Positions 54,687-64,000 of a DNA stretch of 64,000 nucleotides are shown here, in pieces. Under the pieces are notes generated by a model that was given only the letters and a program-made list of their open reading frames with translations, was not told the origin of the DNA and ran no database searches. Made by a program: the position numbers and the translations under genes. How positions within the stretch are numbered: position 1 is the stretch's first letter; the number at the start of each line of letters is the position of its first letter. Origin of the DNA: Novakomyces olei. Its lineage: Eukaryota. The stretch spans positions 1,612,001 to 1,676,000 of the forward strand of contig JADEYG010000003.1 in NCBI GenBank assembly GCA_016906335.1. The letters run 5' to 3'.

Positions 54687-55043
54687 GACTTGGCTTCCGT
54701 GGTGGAAATTGTGCCTATGATTTGGAAGTGCAAGGTGAGCACCGACTGGATTAGGATCACGGCAGAAAGTGGGAGGATTGTAGAAATTGAAACATCACTT
54801 ATGTCTGGAAAATTGGAATAAATTCAGAAAGACCTTTAATTGCCTTTAAATTACTGGCTTTTGCCTTAAGTAACATGCCATCACCAATTGTTGCATTTGT
54901 ATCTATATAAATTATTAGAAGTCCATTCGTAGCGATCTCGAAGAGGCTGATCATTAGTTCATCAATATACAATTGCTATCTGCCCTTGTAACTGCTATTG
55001 ATGTCTTCGTCGAACAGGGCCCGAAGCAAAAACATACAGTCAA

Positions 55044-56144
55044 TTAAAATGCCCGGTCAGAGTAATAAATGCTCTCATGAAGTTCAACCAATCCCTTGAG
55101 AACAACACAAAATGTACTCAAAATAGCGACGTTTCGCCAAACCTTTCTCCATGCAATGATTGGCGTATTTCGGAGCACCAATATCACTCCAGCAAGATCC
55201 GAGGCAAAAAACATAGTATCCCGTACAGCCAAATGATGCCATTTCAGGATATGTCCAGCGCCTTGCTCCCATAATGCGAGAAAAATATGAGCTATTGAGA
55301 CAGAGAGCGACTTTTCTAATGTCTCCACTGGCAAAGATACACCTTGTGCTAGTAATTTATAGCCCACATAAGCGGGTAAAAGATCTGTTGCGGCGAAGAA
55401 TAGTTGAGTCGGCCACAATATGCCTATATAAAAATAATAATAAAAGTCAGTTAAAGCAGGAGCAATGAACTCAATGAAGCAGGTATACTAACCCATATCT
55501 GACCAATGTGCTGCATCATTAATGTAGTTGAATCCCACCCAGCAGCCATATATCTGTGAAAGTTTTATTAGCAAAACAGAGAAATAAAGAGTTCATGCGG
55601 ATTATCTTTCACGTACCAATCCATAATAATTTATTACTGCCCAGGCCAGTACTGACCAGCGAAGGCTTCCAGGGCGTTTTTCCCAATTACTTCGTAATGT
55701 TGTCTCCAAACAGCTAAGGACCCGTTGTACAAAATTCTGCAGGAGTACAAAATGAATAAACATCCAAAGAAAGATTATTGCTGTATTGGAAGTCATGTTA
55801 AAATAAACATGCCTATTAAGAATTAGACTGTCTTGCGAGAGTTTAGATAGCGAGTAGAAGTACAATTAAATGGAGCAATGACAGAAAGGAAAAAAAATAA
55901 AAAAATAATTGTACTTGTACTGTGCACCACTGTCAAAGTGGTCAGCTTTGAACCGGCGATCGAAACAGTCGCAAGTGCAGCTTTCTACATCAGGTTCATA
56001 ATGGCGCCGTCCCGCATTGACTTGCATGGTTGAAATTACAACAACTGCCGAAATCGCAATAGTGGCAGCAAAAAAAAGTCCATTGTGCAAAGGCCGCTCT
56101 GACGCATAAGAAAGATTTTGTCTTCTGCGTGCAATTGTTTTCAT
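55044..56144 (-). CDS. Uncharacterised multi-pass membrane protein (4 exons)
   Basis: Three introns (55813-55914, 55554-55616, ~55424-55492) join in frame to give CTCDCFDRRFK..YKHVYFN..FNYIND..WPTQLFFAATD, with several hydrophobic segments. Confidence 0.75.
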
Positions 56145-57225
56145 ATTATTAAAAATTAGGATCTCAATTTTAAAAGAAAGTATCGCTGCTAGTTAACTCT
56201 TTATTAGAATTTTTTTTATCCAAAAGGCATTGGCTGCTTTTGAAGCTCTTGGCTCTGTAAAGAACGTAGGTGGTCAAGGATTACAAGTTGATTGATAAAG
56301 CGTTGCCTTAACGTTGCGAAATTAGCATGTGTGAAAATAGAATTGAATCTGTAGCCTTGTTTAGAAAGACATCGACGGCTAGCAGTTCCGAAGTGCCAAC
56401 ATTTTACGCCAAGAACAACACGTTACGGTAAATATAGAAAAAATAATACATTAGAATATGAGTACGCTGATAATAATTTTTTGAGTGAATATTACTTTGA
56501 GATTCGCCTTTTTTTTTTTTTGATAAGCGATAAAGCTTTGAAGTCCATCTTTTTGTAAGCGTATGAATTACGTAAATGTTACGCGGCAATAAATGGTAGA
56601 AATGGAGTAGATATTTAATAAAGTTATTTAAAAGTGAAGTAACTCGTTGTCCAAGGTTGTATTGCCCTTATGGGTTTTGGGCAAAACGCCAAGACAAATG
56701 AATTACATAGCCTTCCATATCAGGTGGCACATGAGCTGAATGTTTTCTTTAACACCGAGCGTAAACTTCTAATATAAATTACATTTCATTTCGAGTAATA
56801 AACTGTAGCTGCCGTCCTGGCATATTTATAATTTTGCTTGGAACTAGAGATAATTACGGTTTTCTAATTGAAAAATTAAACCCTAAAGCAGAAATGAACA
56901 ACCCTAACAAATCCTTGTCTCAAGATTCGACGTTTAAATATACCTTAATTTATACAATAATCGAAATAGCTGCAGTACTCATTTTGTGATGCGATTATCT
57001 TGAATATAGCTATGACGTATGACGCATTTCGTTTTGGGCTTTTTCTGGTTTATATTAATAATCAGACAGACGTTGGTTGCTATTTTAGCTACATAACTAT
57101 TTACGCTATCTAACGCAATCGCCATCACTAATAAGCTCGGCAGCATTTTGAATAACTATTTCCTGGATAATCTTCTCGACTTGTGTCCGCGTTTCTGACC
57201 TCACAAAACCGAAAACTTTACTATA

Positions 57226-58079
57226 ATGTCTGCTTCAGTCCCCAAGATTGTTCTTTACACCAACCATGGTTGCCCATGTAAGATATAACAATTTTTGCTT
57301 ATTCGGTTTCTTGATGATCTCATGAAGAGTATCCTGTGGTTTCAGCTAGTTTAATCAATTATGCAGGGGCTCATCGCGCTCATATCGCGCTTTCCGAATT
57401 GAAATTGCCTTTTGAAGAAAGGATCATTGACCTGAAAACTCCTCGATCAAAGGAATACTTGGCTATCAATCCGCGTGGCCTTGTGCCCACTTTAGTATAC
57501 AATGGCGAAATTATCACAGAGTCTGGTATTGTTGCACAGTTTTTGGCGGACGCATATCCGTCACATCTAGAACCAAATTCCGGAACACCAGATGCAGCGC
57601 TTAAAAGAGCTCGAATCAACTTTTTCGTGGACACTTACTTTAGCAAAGTTAACGGGTTCATTTTTAAAGGGATTTTTGCCAAATCTAGTGAGGAGTCTGA
57701 GCAAGCTGCCTCAGAGTTTAAAGAAAAGCTCAAGCTTGAAATTGAGCCCTTGTTAGCAAATACGGGCCCTTACTTTAACGGTAGCCAGACTCTTACTTTG
57801 GCTGAGGTAATAACGGAGAGCCAGCCACTCATTATAGTAAATTTGGGCATTTCACTAAATCTCTAGGTTCTTACAGGCTCTTTTATTCTCCGACTTTTTT
57901 CGGCGGGAAAGACTGGTCTACTTCCAAAAGCCTTTACCGAAGACCTGGCTATAAAGACTCCCAACTTTTACAAATGGGCTCAGAGTGTCGTCAAGCATCC
58001 GAGTGTGACAAGTATCTGGGATGAAGAGAAAGTTACAGCTTCGACTAAGGAGCGTGTCGCCAGCGTCTTGGCCAAGTAG
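57226..58079 (+). CDS. Glutathione S-transferase with CPW active-site motif (omega-like Cys-GST), 3 exons
   Basis: Spliced LYTNHGCPWAHRAHIAL, INPRGLVPTL and TESGIVAQFLAD; introns 57278-57366 and 57807-57866. Confidence 0.92.
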
Positions 58080-58618
58080 ATGGCGAAAAAATAGTGCGAT
58101 AGTGTGATTAGTGCCTCTAAATATGCCGTAAAAATAATGCGTTCCAAGTGGTCCAAATATAGGATAATATTGGATGTTCCAAGTAGGCTTGTGCAAATTG
58201 CAACATGCATTAGCATTAGTCTAGTCTTTGTTGTATAGTTGTATACGAGCCTCGTCATCAAGTCATATAATGAAACCAGAAAAGTAAGATCGGGCGATAG
58301 AAGACAGGATTGGGCTTTCATGATACTGCAAAATCCAGTTTCAGGAAAGCGCCACCAAAAAGTCCCTGTCGTAAGAACAGAATGTGAATAAAACTTGAAA
58401 AAAAAAAGATGAAAATTGATTGACAATTGGCTCGACGACTTGAAAAGCCCAAGATTAATTACGTTGGACCAATAAAGCAGGTAGTAGAAGAAACAATTTT
58501 ATAACGCAAACTCTCTCAATAAAACCAACAAAAGAAGAGAAACTGAAGGGAGGCGCCCGGATAGCCAAATTCTGGAACCTCCCAAAGAAAACCAATTGTG
58601 ACAACTCACAGAAGCAAA

Positions 58619-59908
58619 TTAAACCACACACTGATTCGGGTACTGCCGATCACTCAAAGGCTGAGGAAAAAGTTTGGCTGCCAGCAATCGTGTCAGATCC
58701 CATTCAAGAGTAATATCGGTCTTGTAAGTCCAGAAGAACCAGCCCGCCTGCTCTTCATAAGCATCCAATTGAGCCTCAATGTACCGACGCGTATTAGCAT
58801 AATCGTCGCCTGACCAGGCATTGATATCGTTACGGCCCTCACAAGTACCCAAAGGCGTATCGTTCTCATAAGTGCCATCATAACGTGCTCCGCGGTAAAC
58901 ACCATTGAGAACGGGAGCACAATCAGTCAAAGCAGCGGACCATTCACCTACAACAGCCGGCGCACTTACGGCGTTCATGAGGTTGGCTACTTCACAAGCA
59001 AATTGGACATGCTCGTCGATGGAACGTTGCAGTTCTGGAACACTAAAGACCTGATACTGATGATGGTCAACTACCACATTCTGCACGCCAGACAGGAACC
59101 CGTTCCAGTTGGAAGGATCCAAAAATCCGTCCTGAATAGCAATAGAGAGATCGCCATTAATACTTCGCACAGACTGGTAGGTATTGTTAAAATAAGAGGC
59201 AACCGAGTACTGCCCGTAAACCGGGGTCAGTGGTTCGTTTAGTAGCTCAATAACTGTGACCACATCGTTCCATTCTTGTTGCGCGTACTTTTGCGCAAGT
59301 AATTGTAACGCATACTCTGTATGCTCAGCGTTGCCATTAGTCTGCCATTCATAGTGATCACGGAGACCAGAATTATCAAACCCGTTTTGTGAGCCTGGAG
59401 CACCGTGCAAGTCGATCCAGACTTTAAGTCCGACCTGACGGCACCATCCAAGTGCACGGTCAAGGTACGGGATTTGGCCTTGCACGTAAGGGTCACCTTC
59501 TAGCGGAGCAAAGGCCCAGTAGCCAATAGGGATGCGTACATGGTTCAGGCCAATCTTGCGGATGTACTCAAAATCGTCCAAACTCAGCCACGAGTCCCAA
59601 TGCTTGGTGAGGCGATTGGAAGCCTCTTCTTTACCCAAATACTGTGTGTAATGGTACTCGTCGAGGGGGATATTGTCGGAAGGGAAAGAACTGAACAAGT
59701 TGGTATTAATAAATGGCTCAAGAACAAACCAGCCGCCGAGATTGACGCCTCGCACTTTCTCACCCGTACCGTAACGTGCTGAATAGTAATTGAAGGACTG
59801 CCAACGTTTGGAAAGCGTCGTGTCAGGAGAGCCCTGGACCAATTGGCTGCCTGCCAAAGAAGATGCCAGCAACAAAAAAATATTGCTGCCAGAAAAGATT
59901 CCTCTCAT
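58619..59908 (-). CDS. EXG1: Secreted exo-1,3-beta-glucanase, GH5 subfamily 9
   Basis: Signal peptide, KR pro-site, VRGVNLGGWFVLEP, VRIPIGYW, DLHGAPGSQNGFDNSG, and catalytic LNEP and VGEW. Confidence 0.95.
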   Translation of the reverse strand: MRGIFSGSNIFLLLASSLAGSQLVQGSPDTTLSKRWQSFNYYSARYGTGEKVRGVNLGGWFVLEPFINTNLFSSFPSDNIPLDEYHYTQYLGKEEASNRLTKHWDSWLSLDDFEYIRKIGLNHVRIPIGYWAFAPLEGDPYVQGQIPYLDRALGWCRQVGLKVWIDLHGAPGSQNGFDNSGLRDHYEWQTNGNAEHTEYALQLLAQKYAQQEWNDVVTVIELLNEPLTPVYGQYSVASYFNNTYQSVRSINGDLSIAIQDGFLDPSNWNGFLSGVQNVVVDHHQYQVFSVPELQRSIDEHVQFACEVANLMNAVSAPAVVGEWSAALTDCAPVLNGVYRGARYDGTYENDTPLGTCEGRNDINAWSGDDYANTRRYIEAQLDAYEEQAGWFFWTYKTDITLEWDLTRLLAAKLFPQPLSDRQYPNQCVV

Positions 59909-62114
59909 TTCGATACGATGTTTAAATGGAAAAAGAGATTGTATCGAAATTTGGGTATCGGAGACGAGAAGCTTATATTAAATACCCCCGATTTCTCCAC
60001 GGTTTGCGGTCCGCTTTTAACTTTGAAAAAGTTTGTTTTGTTTGTTTATTTCTTCGTATATTTTGTATGCCCGCTGAATTGCTGCTTTTCTTTTATTATC
60101 TCTTCTTTTCTGCGTCAATAGTACCTCCCACGCTATGCGTCGGTTCGATTGACCTGTATTAAGTAGTCTTCTGATCAGATACCCGCCTTGTTTGACCTCT
60201 ATAAAGACTCCCTGGATTCTTGATTATTTCCTCTGTGATTTCTCCTTCAAATCTGCTGTTTCCTTGTGGATTGCCGTTGGAAATGAAACGAGTGCTGTCC
60301 CCTTTTTCCAAAATATTTCCCCCACCAATATCGTGTATTGGTGTCAATTTAACGTGGATCAAAGACTACTGTTCCACACTCATATCAATATGTTCCGCAT
60401 ACCTTCCTAATTCACGACCTGCATACACCGTCACGTGCAGATCGCTCGTTAGGACTCTCATGCCCGCTTGTGCTGCAGCGGCTTGCTTGGCCGTAAAGGG
60501 TAAACGGATTAACTTTAAATTCTAAATTCTCCACGTTAATAATGAGACCCTCTAACGAACCTATAATTACATAATAATACGTTACCAAATAGTATATGCT
60601 TCGAATAACGTGCGTTATATGCATGGAGATTTATTACTTCCACACCTCGGTTACCCTTGAGCCACTCTCCGCTTTTTTCGACGTGTCTTTTATAAATAGT
60701 AGCACATTCGCCGCATATGTATTACACGCGCGGCATTCACAGTCACCTTTAATTTCGTTAAAATCAACTGGTTTCCCGTCGTCGGATAATCTGCCGCAAG
60801 GCATATTGATATACATTTGAATATGGAAGAATAATGCAGATAACTTAACAAATATGAACATAAAATAACGAATGTGGAACAGCGTTTTCCTATTTAATCC
60901 ACACTGTTTGCCCAAAAATCCTCCAATCTCTCAAACGACTATTTTGTCTTTTTGGAAGTGACGGTACGGCACGTAAGTCAAAAAACCTTTTTTGATTCTT
61001 GCGTTCAAAACCTGCAAAACTTAGAATTAGCAAATGACGGAAAAGCGATATTCCCCGGCTGAACCAGCGCAAGAATTAGTCAATATTTAGCTCTCTTGGA
61101 AAAAACAGAATGTAATATATATATATATATATATACATATCATTATTGACCATCAGTGATTATGGGATTTGAAAAGCTCACATAACTTTCCGTTACAATA
61201 AATTTACATTAAAGTGCGAGACCTTTTGTGCGAGCGAGCATGCTATAAAGACGAGAAGACCCAGGTTTACAAAGTACAGCTAAAAATGGCACGTACGGGA
61301 ATCTCATGAGTAGAGTGAAGCTTTTCCAGCCATTTGGATAGAGCAACGACATTCGTTTCGGAAACTCCGAAAAATTCTGCCACCGCCCGGCTCGCAAACG
61401 ATAATCAGCCCGAGAATCAAGCTGGAAAGCGAATAAATATCCTCGCACGTACAGATACGCCCAAGTTTGAATAGAAAATAGCTCTGTCCAAAAGCAAATA
61501 GGACGGCTGTACTTTGGTGCAAGCCGGGCGGCTCAGTAAATTTGGAGTGAGCTCCAAAAATAACATCACGGTCATAATTCGAAAGACAGCAAAGATCTAA
61601 GCGATCAGATACTGCCTCCGGCCGAACAAGGATGGCATGGGAAAGCTTTTCCGCGAGTCAACAAACAATATACGCATTGCCTGTTGTTATTCTTTTACGT
61701 AGTCATCCAAAGTGCCCGAAAACAGCATTTCAATCGGCTAGCCGATAAACATTTTTTTTGACTCGAGATGCGCAACAGTGGAGAGTCCTTAGCGCAGTGG
61801 CTCAAATTGATTATAAGGCTGATCCCAATGAACGCGCTTACCCAGGATCTAATATTCTCCAGGCTGAAAGAAATATAGATAGTGCGACTGATAAGACATC
61901 GAAAATAAATGGCACAGAAACATATCTTGCCGTCGGCTTGATATTCATCTTAAACTGAAAAGCTTTTCAGCCTATGATGAGCGACCCAGTAAAGCTGAAT
62001 TATGATCGACATGAGCTTAAGTTACGGGCATTTGATTAAATATTATTGCAATAACATTAACTGCTTTTTGCGTTGCTAAGCATTATAGTTTCCAGAGAAA
62101 TTTTCATGCTTTTG

Positions 62115-63275
62115 TCATGTGTGTATAAAAGATGTATGGGTGCGTAGCCGGGCCATAACACACTGTTTATAATGCCAATTGAAAAGTTCTTTCCAAGGCC
62201 AATAAACACGAAAGTCCGGGTTGAGCTTTAGCTTATTCCCGTGGTATTGGGGAAGGTACTGAAATGTGTGTATTTCGTAACAATCATCCTGCAAGGTGGT
62301 TAGAGACTTATTCAAACCGACTTCACTAAGAAAGAGCTAGTAACTTACACGGCAGTAAATTCCAATCTGGTATTTATCGAATTGTTTGTGTAATCCTGCT
62401 TCGAGAATCAGTCCATTTTGAATATTGTCAATATCAGCAAAAGCCGCGAGGTCTTCTGGAAGCAGAGATTTTAGTAGCTATTAGTATTTTATTAGCATAA
62501 TTTAAGAGTATTGGTATGCGCAACTACCGTACTGCCCCGACTTTTTGGAATAATGTGGCACGCTTCACAAGTGTCTGTCATCATTGGAATCCCAGATATA
62601 AGGCAACGACCGTCCCTGTATCCTACGTGGTTTCGGAATTTATTCTAGTTATTGTCAGTCAAACGTTGGATGAGTCTATTCACCTGCGTAGCCGAGCTTC
62701 TTGACGATTTGCTATAGGTCGAAGAATAGTCGTCGATATTAGGTGGCCTTAATGGACAGGCAGGGTTTTTAGACTCCGGGCCTTCATGAGGCCAGATTTC
62801 TTCGTCTTAATAAACTTTGTTAGCCTAGTGTGCTTCATACAAATTGTAAAATTGGGCAACCTTTGATAATAAAAGTGTATTTAGTAAAGACGATCGGATC
62901 ATCCATTTTACATTTGTGTTCACCGAGCCTCAGTTCGCCATCATTTTTTATAGTTGACGTAACGACAAACAAGAGGTAGCGGCAATCTGCATGTGAAATT
63001 TTCGTCAAAAAGGCTGCAGGTATTGCGCAAATATCAATATTTTTCTGTGTTCTAACCGACACATATCCTCGTGGTCCTGAGACGTACCACGAAACTCCTG
63101 CAGTTAGGAAGGGCCTGACCTCAAACTTCGCTTCGGGAGTCTGTGCGCTTTTCGCGTCATTGTGTTCATCCAACGAAATGGTAGCTTCGTCTTTTGTCTT
63201 AGCCACTAATGAGCTCTTTTTGGAACGATTTGAATCCGAGTCTTCTTGTTCGCTTGCCCGTTTCCTGCTACGCAT
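62115..63275 (-). CDS. HNH endonuclease (fungal HNH_2-type) domain protein, 5 exons
   Basis: Splicing introns 62806-62860, 62645-62683, 62478-62527 and 62289-62348 yields KFRNHVGYRDGRCLISG..CEACHIIP..NIQNGLILEAGLHKQFDKYQIGI..PWKELFNWHYKQCV. The first intron donor (GTTGCC) is atypical. Confidence 0.8.
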
Positions 63276-63825
63276 TCCACCAAGAGGACAGAGCTTTAGC
63301 AAGAGCCGCCACTGGTCTTGATGAACGTGAAATAGCGATACAGCAGACTAAAGCATTGCACGGTATATGGAGCACACTGCTAAATACAAAATATATAAGA
63401 ATAAACAACTAGCCCGATTAACCCAATTATTATCAACAAGACTAACCCTATATTTCTTGCTATTAACGAACTTGCTCGTAATAATTTTGCCTTAAATTTC
63501 CCTTAGCGCCGCCCCGAGACTAAAATGACACAGAGATGGAAGTGAACTGAGGATGCAATGTGGCAGGCTAGTACGGGTATTATTGGGTGTTTGAGATTTT
63601 TGTGCAGTGTGATTGACGGCAATAAAATGTTTGGATATTTAGAGCTTAAAACTGTTCCTGCAAGAGATCGCCAATGAATGTTGTGGAGATATAACACTGA
63701 TCTATGCTTACTGGTGAAAAATAAACCAATTTGGAATGGCTTTACAGCCAGTTTTACATCGTGCTTTTTTGTCTATGGAAACTGTAGAACAGGACTTTAT
63801 TGAATCCGTAACTAACCCTACCCCT

Positions 63826-63915
63826 TAGCTATTATTATTAGCTATTATTATTAGCTATTATTATTAGCTATTATTATTAGCTATTATTATTAGCTATTAT
63901 TATTAGCTATTATTA
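63826..63915. repeat. 13-bp tandem repeat (AGCTATTATTATT)n, about 6-7 copies
   Basis: Seen directly; preceded by ACTAACCCTACCCC. Confidence 0.93.
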
Positions 63916-64000
63916 CCAGCGACATTTTGACGAAATGTCGGGTTGGATATAATTTTGGTATAGAAATGGCTTTAAAATTGAGAAAACCTTATCACTGATA

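Noticed and set aside
40781-58079. Secondary-metabolite biosynthetic cluster
   Set aside because: No PKS, NRPS, terpene cyclase, prenyltransferase or RiPP precursor gene is visible; a catabolic or accessory reading fits better.
60159-61958. Several 60-100 aa ORFs, possibly a spliced minus-strand gene (MPCGRLSDDGK...)
   Set aside because: I could not build a convincing exon chain or recognise any motif.

Overview
Intron-containing fungal (ascomycete, yeast-like) genomic DNA. The left 30 kb is a single giant minus-strand gene missing from the ORF track because it has no stop inside the window. It starts at ATG 29979 with a signal-peptide-like N-terminus, has a ~1,200-aa unique polar region, and then ~26 kb of 63/93-bp tandem repeats. 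These repeats encode a Ser-rich, Cys-free 21/31-aa unit (FNSSQSA-LSPLHSA-LNRSTES), mostly with two N-glycosylation sequons each; the protein is at least 9,993 aa. The reported 8,646-aa plus-strand ORF is most likely its antisense shadow. The right half holds an ankyrin-repeat protein, RPS12, CTK3 and RTT106. A run of catabolism/detoxification-type genes follows: two head-to-head DUF3445 (heme-dependent oxidative N-demethylase alpha-like) genes, an amino-acid permease, an aldo-keto reductase, an MFS transporter, a cytochrome P450, an unknown membrane protein and a GST. After these come a GH5 exo-1,3-beta-glucanase and a five-exon HNH endonuclease gene that only appears after manual splicing. 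Family assignments come from motif recognition by eye, not database searches.
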